NCBI GenBank assembly: GCA_002451715.1
Contig: DKDD01000103.1
Location: forward strand, 1-26,629
DNA length: 26,629 nucleotides
Reading direction: 5' to 3'
From: Ruminococcaceae bacterium UBA6857
GTDB lineage: Bacteria > Bacillota > Clostridia > Oscillospirales > Acutalibacteraceae
This document shows, in pieces, positions 9,054 to 18,668 of this stretch (positions are counted from its first letter, which is position 1; each line of letters starts with the position of its first letter). The notes beneath the pieces are model-generated. The model did no database searches and was not told the origin of the DNA. It saw nothing but the letters and a program-made list of their open reading frames with translations. Position numbers and translations under genes: made by a program.

Positions 9054-10196
9054 ATGAAAAACAAACGCCGTTTTCCGATAAAGCCGATTGCTTCGGCGGT
9101 TTGTGTTGTGCTTTGCGGCGCTTTGCTTTGGCATTCCGGCTCCGCTGTGTTCGGAATTTTTGCGCGTGTTGCCGTCAAAAGCGTAAATCTTTATCTTCCG
9201 CACGCGGTATTTTCTTATTCGACCGACGACACAAAAAGCGGCGATGAAACAAAAAGCACAACCAGAAAAAATGAAATGAAAACCGAAAAAACAACAAAAG
9301 AAAAAACAACCGCCGCGGTGAAAGCTGCTTCAATCACCAAAACGCCGGACGACATTGCTAAGCTTATGAAAGAAGCAAAAGAAAAAAGCAAAAACGATAA
9401 AAAAGACGGAGCAATTTCCGAATGGCAGTATACAAACGAGGGGGTGACTGATAAGTTCGGCATTGTGAAAGTTAAAAACGTCAATAAAACCCAAATTAAT
9501 ATTGAAAACCTGCTTTCAAAAAAAGCAGACCTTTCAGTCAGCAAAGACGAACCGTCCGTCTTGATTTTTCATACACACACAACCGAAACATATCAGCTGG
9601 TTGACCGCGATTATTACCCGACGAACAACATTACCCGAAGTGAAGACAGCGCAAGAAACATGGTTCGAATCGGAAACGCAATTTGCGAACAGCTTGATTC
9701 GGCGGGAATAAAATATATCCACGACACAAAAATTCACGACAAACGCTATACCGGCGCATATGACAATTCGCGCGAAACGGCGGTTGAATATATGAAAAAG
9801 TATCCGTCGATTCAGGTTGTTCTTGACGTTCACCGCGACGCAGTTGAGCGCACCGACGGAACAAAAATCAGACCGGTTGCAACAATCAACGGAAAAAAAG
9901 CGGCGCAGATCATGATAATCAGCGGCTGCCAAGAGGAGGGCAACGGACTGACGGAGTTCCCCGATTGGAAAGAGAACCTTGTTTTTGCACTTCAACTTCA
10001 AAAAATTGCGGAAGAAAACTTTGAAGGACTTATGCGCCCGATTTATTTTTGTCCGCGAATGTATAACATGAATCGTACACACTGCTCGCTTCTTCTTGAA
10101 ATCGGGAGTGATTCAAATACTCTTGAAGAAGCGGAGTATTCTGGTCAATGCATCGGAAATGCTCTTGCAAAACTTTTGAAAGAATACGAGGAATAA
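9054..10196 (+). CDS. spoIIP: Stage II sporulation protein P (engulfment amidase)
   Basis: N-terminal TM helix, a K/T-rich linker, and motifs IFHTHTTETY, DVHRDA, YNM and LLLEIGSDSNTLEEA. Follows gpr. Start is 9054 (AAAGG upstream) or 9027. Confidence 0.95.
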   Translation: MKNKRRFPIKPIASAVCVVLCGALLWHSGSAVFGIFARVAVKSVNLYLPHAVFSYSTDDTKSGDETKSTTRKNEMKTEKTTKEKTTAAVKAASITKTPDDIAKLMKEAKEKSKNDKKDGAISEWQYTNEGVTDKFGIVKVKNVNKTQINIENLLSKKADLSVSKDEPSVLIFHTHTTETYQLVDRDYYPTNNITRSEDSARNMVRIGNAICEQLDSAGIKYIHDTKIHDKRYTGAYDNSRETAVEYMKKYPSIQVVLDVHRDAVERTDGTKIRPVATINGKKAAQIMIISGCQEEGNGLTEFPDWKENLVFALQLQKIAEENFEGLMRPIYFCPRMYNMNRTHCSLLLEIGSDSNTLEEAEYSGQCIGNALAKLLKEYEE

Positions 10197-10198
10197 TA

Positions 10199-10489
10199 TT
10201 GAAAGAGTTAAAAAAATATTTCGGTTCGTTCGTGCTTTCGGTCACCGTTCTTTTTTCTCTCGCCGGGATCATTGCCGGCGCGGTTACGGCGCACGACAGA
10301 GCCGAAAAAGTGATTTCAGGCAAAGATTATGCCGTGCTGACTTTCGGCGATTTTTCGGCGTATGAAAACGAAGAAAACGGACTTTACGTTGATTTTTCAT
10401 TTTTAAAAAACACCAAAAAACTTGAAAAAATTTTGCCTTATACTCCGTTCGGGGCGGTTTGGGCATTGATTAAGGAAGCCGAAAAATAA
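10199..10489 (+). CDS. Small membrane protein of unknown function, probably co-transcribed with spoIIP
   Basis: TTG start 2 nt after the spoIIP stop, preceded by GAGGA. 96 aa with the hydrophobic segment YFGSFVLSVTVLFSLAGIIAGAV. Confidence 0.65.
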   Translation: MKELKKYFGSFVLSVTVLFSLAGIIAGAVTAHDRAEKVISGKDYAVLTFGDFSAYENEENGLYVDFSFLKNTKKLEKILPYTPFGAVWALIKEAEK

Positions 10490-10515
10490 TATTTTGTTCT
10501 TTGCTCTGTAAACTA

Positions 10516-10544
10516 TTGACAAAATAACCTGCTCATTGTAAACT
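10516..10544 (+). promoter_or_regulatory. SigA-type promoter of the GH31 gene
   Basis: TTGACA-17 nt-TAAACT, 36 nt before the ATG; RBS AAGGAG. Confidence 0.7.
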
Positions 10545-10580
10545 GAATTTGTCAAAATTTATGGCAAAGGAGAGAAAACA

Positions 10581-13500
10581 ATGAGAAGACTTTTAACCGT
10601 AATTTTTTCTGTCTTTTCAATTATTGCCGCCGTTTTCGGTCTCAAATGGGCAACGCCGTATAACCCGGCGGACTATGAAACCAAAACAATGGCAAACAGC
10701 GTAATCGTCGGAGAGATGAGAGTTGAGCTTTTGAGCAATACTCTCGTCAGAATTGAACAAAAGGGCGCAAGAGGTTTTGAAAACCGCCCGTCGTTCACCG
10801 TTCAAAAACGCGACGGCTGGAAAAAGATTGACTTCACCCAAAAAACCGAAAACGAAAAAGTGTATATCCGAACAAAAGAATACACCGTCTGCCTGCCCGA
10901 AAACGCGGCTTCCGCAGAGGGTGCGTTCATCACGGACAAAAACGGAAAAACGCTTTGGCAGTTTGAAACCGATACCGACGCAAGCATCTATCTTCCCTCG
11001 CCGTCGGACGAACTTTCATGCTGGTTCTTCAACGATTCGCCGCGAGTTATTCCGTCGGAGGACAAGTATACCGTAAGCAAACTTTGGCACAACCTCAACG
11101 GCTGGGATCTTACAAACAAAGCGGAAGACATTTTTGTCTTTATGCCCGGTGGAAGCTATGAACAGTTTACTTCCGATTTTGTAGATCTCACCGGAAGAAG
11201 CGAACTTATCACGCTTAATCTTCTCGGCTATTGGGATTCGAGATACTATGAATACACCGAAGAAACCGCAATGAAACAGCTTGAAGATTACGAAAGCCGC
11301 GGTTATCCGCTCGACGTTCTTGTAATTGACACCGACTGGCGAACCTCCGTCGGCGGAACGGGATATACAATTAATGTCAAGAACTTCCCGAACATGAGAA
11401 GACTGCTTTCAAATATCCACGAAAAAGGTGTTTCGGTTGTTTTCAACGACCATCCCGAACCCACTTTCGGAACAAACAGTCTTCTTGATAAAACCGAAGT
11501 CACTTTCAGAAACTTCAATCTCAAGCGTATACTTAACAAAGGTCTTGACTATTGGTGGTACGACAGAAACTGGTGGACGAGCCTTAAACCGATTGACGAA
11601 GATCTTTCGATTTTCACGTCGGGCATGTATGCCTATCAGTCAATCACGGAAGATTACTATAATAAAACAGCGAAAAGGGGAGAAAGTGCAAGACGTCCGC
11701 TCATTATGGCGAATGTTGACGGAATTGACAACGGCGTTCTCAATTATCCGTCGGAACTTGCCGCCCACCGCTACACACTTCAGTGGACTGGTGACATCGG
11801 AGCCTCCGGTGACAGCCTTGAACAGGAAATCTATAACATGATTTTCGGCGGAAGCGAAATGGGACTTCCCTATATGAGCTCCGACCTCGGCGGACACACA
11901 AGCGAAGTTACAAACGATATGTACGTCCGTTGGATTCAGTACGGCGCACTTTCGCCGATTTGCCGCGTTCACTGCACAAAGCCGTATTCAAGAATGCCTT
12001 GGCTCTTCGGCGAAACGGCAGAAAAAGTTACTCACGAATATGTGAATTTGCGCTATCGTCTTCTTCCGATTTATTATTCGCTTGCAAGAGAAAACTATGA
12101 AACGGGTCTTCCGCTTATCCGCCGCGTTGATGTGAAATATCCGCAATACGCCGAAGCGGACAGAAACGACGAATATCTTCTTTCGGATAATATTCTTGTC
12201 GCGCCGATTTCCGAAAGTTTTCCGAAGTCGGATGATTACATTTTCACAAGCGACGGAAAAGACGGTCTTAAAGGTGAATACTTTTCAAACGACAAGCTTG
12301 AAGGCGAACCCGAACTTGTGAAGTATGACAAAAAGATTGATTTCGACTGGGATCTCGGTGCTCCGTCCGGACTCAGCGTTTCCGATTATTTCAGCATTCG
12401 CTGGACGGGCAAACTTACGGTCGGAGAAAAGCCGATTTATTTCACGGCATATGCCGACGACGGAATCAGAATGTGGATTGACGGAGAGCTTGTTGTTGAC
12501 GGCTGGGATACTTACAACACCTATTTCAAAACCGATTTCATTGAAGCAAATTCGACTCACGATATCAGAATCGAATACTGCGAAGGAAACGAACATGCCC
12601 ATGTTTATATCAACGCTTACAGCGAGGGCGAAGTTACGCGCGACGTTTTTCTTCCGGACGGAAGATGGATCGACCTTTGGACGGGCGAAAGCTATGTAGG
12701 TCCGACAACGATTAAAGTTTCGCACAGCCTTGAAACTTCACCGGTCTTTGTTCGCGCGGGTTCGGTACTCACTCTTGCGGACAACATGAAAAATACGAGC
12801 AAAAAAGACTGGAGCCATCTCACCCTTGAAGTTTTCCCGTCCTCGGATTACAGCGCAAAAACAACGCTTTATGAAGACGATGTGACAACCGTTGCATATA
12901 AAAACGGTGAATACAGAAAAACCGACATCACACTTTCCGGCGGAAAAACGCAGGAGCTTGTTATCGAGCCGGCAAAGGGAGAATTTTCCGGTCCACGCGC
13001 TTTTGGCGAAAGAACATATACCGTTCGCGTTCACCAAAGAGACGATTGGGGAAAACTCGAATCAGTTACGCTCGACGGAAAGAACGTTGATTTTAAACTT
13101 ATTAAAAAAGACAAAGACGCAGACATTCTTTCAATAATCGGCGGCGCGAAAGACGCGGACGTTTATGAAATCGAATTTAAGGCTTCTGTTTCTGAAAAGA
13201 GCGTTCTTGCGCTGAACTTTGCTTTTGCAAAAGACGACGGAAGAAACGAAGATTATGACAGTAGCCACGCCGACATTTCGCTCACGGTCAATAAGCTTGA
13301 CAAAGACACCGCTGATTTTAAGATTCCCGACAACGCAAAAGATTATATCCTTTACGGACTTAACTGGGAATTTGAAACCGCAAAGAAAAACGGCGGCCTT
13401 GTTTCAGACATCACCTGCAAAGGCAAGGAAGATCTTTTTGACGATAACTACCGCATTTCATGGACAGACGAAAACGGAGAAGAAAAGTCAACAACCTGCG

Positions 13501-13766
13501 GCGTTCTCTCTTATCATAACCTCACCACAACGCTCAAAGTTGACGGAGAGGGCAAATTCAAGCTTTATCTCGGCGGATACAAATCCATCGGAAAGCTCAC
13601 CGTTCGCGACAGAAGCGGCGTTGTTAAAACCGCAACATTCGGTAACACGGACAGCAACTATTACCGCGAAGTTATCATTGACGCAAACGGCGAAAGCGAA
13701 CTCAAGGTGACATACTCGCTCCTTTCGGGAACGAACATCACTGCCGCCGCCTGCATTGCGGAATAA
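10581..13766 (+). CDS. Secreted or membrane-anchored GH31 alpha-glycosidase with PA14 insert and C-terminal beta-sandwich domains
   Basis: N-terminal hydrophobic segment. GH31 motifs LGYWDSRY, YPLDVLVIDTDW, GLDYWWYD (nucleophile), QWTGD (acid/base), SSDLGG, YVRWIQYG.LSPI.RVH and LRYRLLP. PA14 segment GLKGEYF...IDFDW...FSIRWTG...ADDGIRMWIDG. LYEDD in the distal domain. Confidence 0.92.
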   Translation: MRRLLTVIFSVFSIIAAVFGLKWATPYNPADYETKTMANSVIVGEMRVELLSNTLVRIEQKGARGFENRPSFTVQKRDGWKKIDFTQKTENEKVYIRTKEYTVCLPENAASAEGAFITDKNGKTLWQFETDTDASIYLPSPSDELSCWFFNDSPRVIPSEDKYTVSKLWHNLNGWDLTNKAEDIFVFMPGGSYEQFTSDFVDLTGRSELITLNLLGYWDSRYYEYTEETAMKQLEDYESRGYPLDVLVIDTDWRTSVGGTGYTINVKNFPNMRRLLSNIHEKGVSVVFNDHPEPTFGTNSLLDKTEVTFRNFNLKRILNKGLDYWWYDRNWWTSLKPIDEDLSIFTSGMYAYQSITEDYYNKTAKRGESARRPLIMANVDGIDNGVLNYPSELAAHRYTLQWTGDIGASGDSLEQEIYNMIFGGSEMGLPYMSSDLGGHTSEVTNDMYVRWIQYGALSPICRVHCTKPYSRMPWLFGETAEKVTHEYVNLRYRLLPIYYSLARENYETGLPLIRRVDVKYPQYAEADRNDEYLLSDNILVAPISESFPKSDDYIFTSDGKDGLKGEYFSNDKLEGEPELVKYDKKIDFDWDLGAPSGLSVSDYFSIRWTGKLTVGEKPIYFTAYADDGIRMWIDGELVVDGWDTYNTYFKTDFIEANSTHDIRIEYCEGNEHAHVYINAYSEGEVTRDVFLPDGRWIDLWTGESYVGPTTIKVSHSLETSPVFVRAGSVLTLADNMKNTSKKDWSHLTLEVFPSSDYSAKTTLYEDDVTTVAYKNGEYRKTDITLSGGKTQELVIEPAKGEFSGPRAFGERTYTVRVHQRDDWGKLESVTLDGKNVDFKLIKKDKDADILSIIGGAKDADVYEIEFKASVSEKSVLALNFAFAKDDGRNEDYDSSHADISLTVNKLDKDTADFKIPDNAKDYILYGLNWEFETAKKNGGLVSDITCKGKEDLFDDNYRISWTDENGEEKSTTCGVLSYHNLTTTLKVDGEGKFKLYLGGYKSIGKLTVRDRSGVVKTATFGNTDSNYYREVIIDANGESELKVTYSLLSGTNITAAACIAE

Positions 13767-13781
13767 AGAAGTTAAAGTTAT

Positions 13782-13822
13782 AAAAATACCGCGAACGGAA
13801 AAAACTCCGTTCGCGGATTTTT
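13782..13822. terminator. Bidirectional terminator between the convergent GH31 and proS genes
   Basis: Perfect 11-bp stem CCGCGAACGGA/TCCGTTCGCGG flanked by A and T tracts. Confidence 0.88.
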
Positions 13823-13836
13823 GTTTGAATAATTGA

Positions 13837-15279
13837 TTAATAAGCTTTGCCCCAGTAAACCATGTATTTAGCCGGCTTTCCGCAGCAAACGCAGGTGTCT
13901 GCAAGATGCTCCTGCTCAAGGGGAATACAGCGTGAGCCGACTCCGGTAACTTCCTTAACCTTGTCTTCACATGCTTCGTCGCCGCACCACATGGCTTTAA
14001 CAAAACCGTCGCCCTTTTCTTCAAGCGTTTTTGTAATCTCTTCAAGAGAAGTGCAGGCATAGGTTCTTCTTTCGCGGTTTTCAAGTGCGGATTTATAAAG
14101 AGCGTCGTGAACTTCTTTGAGCTTTTCGCCCACTGCGTGTTCAAGTTCGTCAAGCGAAACAACGGTTTTTTCTCTGTTGTGGCGCGAAACAAGAACGCAC
14201 TGATTGTTTTCGATGTCGCGCGGTCCGATTTCGATTCGAACGGGAACACCTTTCATCTCGTATTCGGAATACTTCCAACCGGGGCTGTTGTCGCTGTCGT
14301 CAAGCTTAACTCTGATATGCGAAGCCTTGAGTCTTGCTTCAAGTTCGCGCGCCTTTTCAAGTACGCCCGCCTTGTGCTGTGCAACGGGAATGATTACCGC
14401 CTGAATCGGAGCAACCGCCGGGGGAAGAACAAGTCCGTTGTTGTCGCCGTGAGTCATGATGATTGCGCCGATCATTCTTGTTGTCATGCCCCAGGAAGTC
14501 TGGTGCGGATATTCAAGCTTATTTTCGCGGCTCTGATATTGAATACCGAATGCTTTTGCAAAACCGTCGCCGAAATAGTGCGATGTTCCGGCTTGAAGAG
14601 CCTTTCCGTCGTGCATGAGCGCTTCAATCGCATAGGTTGAAACCGCACCGGCGAACTTATCGCTTTCGGTCTTTTTGCCCTTAACAACGGGGATTGCAAG
14701 ATATTTTTCGCAGAAGTCGGCATAAACGTTGAGCATTTTTTCGGTTTCTTCAATTGCTTCTTCTGCCGTTGCGTGAATTGTGTGACCCTCCTGCCAAAGG
14801 AATTCGCGGCTGCGAAGGAACGGACGGGTTGTCTTTTCCCAGCGAACAACACTTACCCACTGGTTATAAAGCTTCGGAAGGTCGCGATAGGAATGAACGA
14901 TGTTTGCGTAATGTTCGCAGAAGAGCGTTTCCGAAGTGGGACGAACGCAAAGTTTTTCTTCAAGCTTTTCGCTTCCGCCGTGGGTCACCCAAGCAACTTC
15001 GGGTGCAAAACCTTCAACGTGATCCTTTTCCTTTTGAAGGAGACTTTCGGGAATGAACATCGGCATATTTACGTTTTCGTGTCCGGTGTCCTTGAACATT
15101 CCGTCAAGAATACGCTGAATGTTTTCCCAAATTGCATAGCCGTAAGGGCGAATAACCATGCAGCCCTTTACGCTTGTGTATTCAATAAGCTCTGCCTTTT
15201 TGACGATATCGGTATACCATTTGGCAAAGTCTTCTTCCATTGAGGTGATTTCCTCAACCATTTTTTTCTGCTGTGCCAT
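13837..15279 (-). CDS. proS: Proline--tRNA ligase, archaeal/eukaryotic type (no INS editing domain)
   Basis: 480 aa with [53 protein letters not shown] and [14 protein letters not shown]-terminal Zn site C..C...RCIP...CVCCG, ending GKAY. Confidence 0.97.
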   Translation of the reverse strand: MAQQKKMVEEITSMEEDFAKWYTDIVKKAELIEYTSVKGCMVIRPYGYAIWENIQRILDGMFKDTGHENVNMPMFIPESLLQKEKDHVEGFAPEVAWVTHGGSEKLEEKLCVRPTSETLFCEHYANIVHSYRDLPKLYNQWVSVVRWEKTTRPFLRSREFLWQEGHTIHATAEEAIEETEKMLNVYADFCEKYLAIPVVKGKKTESDKFAGAVSTYAIEALMHDGKALQAGTSHYFGDGFAKAFGIQYQSRENKLEYPHQTSWGMTTRMIGAIIMTHGDNNGLVLPPAVAPIQAVIIPVAQHKAGVLEKARELEARLKASHIRVKLDDSDNSPGWKYSEYEMKGVPVRIEIGPRDIENNQCVLVSRHNREKTVVSLDELEHAVGEKLKEVHDALYKSALENRERRTYACTSLEEITKTLEEKGDGFVKAMWCGDEACEDKVKEVTGVGSRCIPLEQEHLADTCVCCGKPAKYMVYWGKAY

Positions 15280-15348
15280 AGTTGCAGATTCCTTTCTATG
15301 AATCTAACAGCGGCCTTGTTTCGGCAAAGCCGCTGTTTTGTTTTTTTC

Positions 15349-18300
15349 TTACGCCTTTTTGACTGCGGCGGTAACTTTGTCTTCGCCGACGTCAAAGGTC
15401 TTTTCAAGGTCGCTTTCGATTGATGAACCGAAGATAATGTCATCGGCAAGAAGTTCGCTCTTCATGTGGTCGGCATTTTCTTTGAGTGCGTTCATGATAA
15501 ATTCGCTGTCCGAAGAAATTGAAAGAACAACTCTCTGCTCAACCTCATAGCCTGCCTCTTTACGAAGAAGCTGACACTGGCGAACAACGTCTCTGACTGC
15601 GCCCTCTTTGATGAGGTCTTCGGTAAGAGTTACGTCAAGCGCAACAACGGTCTTGTTCTGACATTCTGCGGAAACGATGCCTTTCTTCGTCTTTGTCATA
15701 ACGGTGAAGATTGAAGGATCGTATGCTTCGTCAAAGCCCTTGACAAGAACTTTTTCGCCGTTCTTTGCCTTTGCGGTGTATTCTGCCATTTCTTCTTCCG
15801 AAGCAGCTTCAAGAGCCTGCTTCATTTTGTTAACGTTCTGCTTGAGAACTGCACCTGCGGCACGGAAGTTGACGGCAAGGAAGCTGTCTTCAAGAACGGA
15901 GTTATCCGAAACATGAACAAGCTTTTTGATGTTGAGTTCGTCAAGAATGTTCTTTTCGAATGTCTTGATTTTTGCGGCTTCTTCTTCGTCGCAGGAGATA
16001 TAAAGCGTTGAAAGCGGCTGACGAACCTTAATTTGATGTTCGTTGCGAAGTCTCATTGCAACGGCGATAACTTCTCTTGCGTCCGCTGTCTGCGAAAGGA
16101 TTCCGTCATCTTCAAAGCCTTCAATTTCCTTCGGCCAATCCGAAAGGTGAACGGAAAGTTCGCTTGACGGAAGAACGCGGCGGGTGAGGTTCTGCCAAAT
16201 TTCTTCGGTCATGAACGGAATGATCGGAGCCATAACTTTTACGCAGGTGCTGATTGCGTTGAAAAGTACCCAGTAAGCAAGGGTCTTGTCCTTTTCATCG
16301 CCTGTTTTCCAAAAACGGCGGCGGTTGGTTCTGATGTACCAGTTGGAGATATCATCAACAAAAACTTCAAATTCCTTAATAACGTTGTATGCCTTGAAGT
16401 CATCCATCTGAGCGGCTGCTTTTCTGATGAACTCGTTTGTTCTTGTAACAAGCCAGCGGTCGGTAACGGTCATTGCGCTCTTGTCGGGCGTATAGCCTTC
16501 AAAGTTCGGCTTGTCGATTCTTGCGTAGGTTTCAAAGAAAGTATAGGTGTTCCAGAAAGAGAGGAGCTTTCTTCTTGCTTCATCGCCGAGATTGAAGCCG
16601 AAGCGAACGTCGTTTGAAACGGGTGCGCCGGCATACATATATCTTACGGTGTCTGCGCCGATTTTTTCGGCCGCTTCGTCAAAGCGGATCATGAAACCGG
16701 TCTTTGAGAATTTTGAACCGTCTTCGGCAACAACGCTGCTGTGGCAAAGTGCGCGCTTATACGGCGCCTTGTCTTCGAGAACGGTGCTCATGAAGAGCAT
16801 TGAATAGAACCAAAGGCGAACCTGTTCGCGCATTTCGACAATCCAGTCTGCCGGATAGTTCTTTTTCCATTCTTCCTTGTCGGTGAAGTAGCCGGTGGTT
16901 GAAAACGGAACGATACCGGCGTCAAGCCAAACGTCGCCGATTTCCGAAACACGCTTTACGTTTTCGCCGCACTTCGGGCATTTGATTTCGATTTCATCAA
17001 TCCACGGGCGGTGAAGCTCGGGAAGAGCGTCAACCTTTGCCGGGTCAACGGCAAGTTCGCGAAGTTCCTTTTTGCCGCCCACAACGTGAACGTGACCGCA
17101 TTTTTCGCAGGCATAGAACGGAAGCGGCATACCGTAGTAACGTTTTCTTGAGATGTTCCAGTCGCCCATGTTGTTGAGCCAGTCAACCATTCTCTTGCCG
17201 TTTGATTCGGGTTCCCATTTAACGGATTCTGCGTTTCTGATAAGTCTGGGTTTAAGTTCTGCTGTTCTGATGTACCAAGCCGGAACAAGGCGGAAGATAA
17301 CTTCGCTCTTGCAACGCCAGCAAACAGGGTAGCTGTGCTCGATCGGCATGATTTTATAAAGTTTGTTTCTTTTTTCAAGTTCTTCAAAAACTTCGGGAGC
17401 GATTTTTGCGCTGTCCTTTCCGCTCATGAAGCCGAAGCCGGGGAGGAAGATGCCCATGTCGTCAACGGGCATAACTTCGGGAAGACCGATTCTTTTTCCG
17501 AGTTCGTTGTCTTCGATACCGCAGCCGGGAGCGATGTGAACAACTCCGGTTCCCTCTTCTGCGTCAACGTCTTCCCAAGCAACGATTTTGTGGTCGATGT
17601 CCTTTTGTGCGTCAAATTCGGGGAAGCAGGTTTCAAAATGAAGACCGACAAGTTCTTCACCTTTGAAAGCGCGCAGAACTTCTTCTTTGTCGTCGCCGAG
17701 ATATTTGATTGCGTTCTTTGCAAGAATAACGGTCTGATCGTCGCTCTTTACTTTAACTTCAACATAGTCGATTTCCGGATTGACGGCGAGTGCAACGTTT
17801 GAAGAAAGGGTCCACGGGGTGGTTGTCCAAACGATGATTTTTGAACCGAGTTCCTTAACCGGAAGTTTGAAGAAAACGGAATTGTGAGTGATGTTCTTGT
17901 ATGAACCGGTCATTTCGTGTTCGGAAAGCGAAGTTCCGCAACGCGGGCACCAGGGCATAGGCTTATATTCGCGCTGAATCCAGCCGTTTTCGTCGCACTT
18001 TTTGAGGAAGTGCCAAATGCCTTCAATGTTGAGGTCGGTGTTGGTGTAATAGGAGTTGTCCCACTGCATCCACTGACCGAGTCTCTTTGACTGTTCGGCA
18101 ATGATTCCCGAAAAATGCTTAACACGGTCAACGCACTTTTTTGTGAACTTGTCCATGCCGTAATTTTCGATGTCCTTTTTTGTTTTGAAGCCGAGTTCTT
18201 TTTCAACTTCAACTTCAACCCAAAGACCCTGCGAGTCAAAGCCGTTCTGGCAACGGCAGTCATAGCCGTTCATATATTTATATCTGATGAAGGTATCCTT

Positions 18301-18489
18301 GAGGGTACGGCCCCACGCGTGGTGGATGCCCATCGGGTTGTTGGCGGTAATCGGGCCGTCAATGAACTTAAAGCGTTCGTGACCTGCGTTTTTCGCCTTT
18401 CTTTTGTTGAAGCAATCGTTTTCTTCCCAGAATTTGAGAATGTCGTGCTCCATTTGGATAAAGCTGTTGCTCTTTTCGGTTTCAGCCAT
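15349..18489 (-). CDS. ileS: Isoleucine--tRNA ligase, type 2 (IleRS2)
   Basis: DGPITAN, WTTTPWTL, GTGVVHIAPG, HSYPVCWR, DWNISR, DVWLDAG, EQVRLWFY and SNWYIRTNRRRFW. Type-2 tail KVRQPL...LDVTLTEDLIKEG..RD.VR..Q.LRK with no C-terminal zinc finger. Confidence 0.96.
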   Translation of the reverse strand: MAETEKSNSFIQMEHDILKFWEENDCFNKRKAKNAGHERFKFIDGPITANNPMGIHHAWGRTLKDTFIRYKYMNGYDCRCQNGFDSQGLWVEVEVEKELGFKTKKDIENYGMDKFTKKCVDRVKHFSGIIAEQSKRLGQWMQWDNSYYTNTDLNIEGIWHFLKKCDENGWIQREYKPMPWCPRCGTSLSEHEMTGSYKNITHNSVFFKLPVKELGSKIIVWTTTPWTLSSNVALAVNPEIDYVEVKVKSDDQTVILAKNAIKYLGDDKEEVLRAFKGEELVGLHFETCFPEFDAQKDIDHKIVAWEDVDAEEGTGVVHIAPGCGIEDNELGKRIGLPEVMPVDDMGIFLPGFGFMSGKDSAKIAPEVFEELEKRNKLYKIMPIEHSYPVCWRCKSEVIFRLVPAWYIRTAELKPRLIRNAESVKWEPESNGKRMVDWLNNMGDWNISRKRYYGMPLPFYACEKCGHVHVVGGKKELRELAVDPAKVDALPELHRPWIDEIEIKCPKCGENVKRVSEIGDVWLDAGIVPFSTTGYFTDKEEWKKNYPADWIVEMREQVRLWFYSMLFMSTVLEDKAPYKRALCHSSVVAEDGSKFSKTGFMIRFDEAAEKIGADTVRYMYAGAPVSNDVRFGFNLGDEARRKLLSFWNTYTFFETYARIDKPNFEGYTPDKSAMTVTDRWLVTRTNEFIRKAAAQMDDFKAYNVIKEFEVFVDDISNWYIRTNRRRFWKTGDEKDKTLAYWVLFNAISTCVKVMAPIIPFMTEEIWQNLTRRVLPSSELSVHLSDWPKEIEGFEDDGILSQTADAREVIAVAMRLRNEHQIKVRQPLSTLYISCDEEEAAKIKTFEKNILDELNIKKLVHVSDNSVLEDSFLAVNFRAAGAVLKQNVNKMKQALEAASEEEMAEYTAKAKNGEKVLVKGFDEAYDPSIFTVMTKTKKGIVSAECQNKTVVALDVTLTEDLIKEGAVRDVVRQCQLLRKEAGYEVEQRVVLSISSDSEFIMNALKENADHMKSELLADDIIFGSSIESDLEKTFDVGEDKVTAAVKKA

Positions 18490-18561
18490 TTTTTTCTTTC
18501 CTCCAAACGTAAATTTGCTTGTTCGGCATTTTCGAAGCCGAGAATATACATATACTAAGTC

Positions 18562-18590
18562 ATTATACTATAAAGATTATTCAATTGCAA
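18562..18590 (-). promoter_or_regulatory. SigA-type promoter of ileS(-proS)
   Basis: Minus strand TTGCAA-17 nt-TATAAT, about 70 nt upstream of the ATG. Confidence 0.7.
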
Positions 18591-18622
18591 GAATAGAGGA
18601 AAATAAAAATAAAAATATTATG

Positions 18623-18655
18623 AAAAAAGCGGAACCGCTTTTTCGGCGGTTCCGC
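18623..18655 (-). terminator. Intrinsic terminator of the GH3 gene
   Basis: 10-bp stem GCGGAACCGC/GCGGTTCCGC followed by T6 on the minus strand. Confidence 0.85.
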
Positions 18656-18668
18656 ATAAAAGGTATAA

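Noticed and set aside
13488..14249. 253-aa minus-strand ORF
   Set aside because: It is out of frame within proS, crosses the bidirectional terminator and runs antisense into GH31.
18490..18668. T-box riboswitch upstream of ileS
   Set aside because: The promoter-to-ATG distance is too short, no T-box consensus is visible, and the only hairpin lies upstream of the promoter and terminates GH3.
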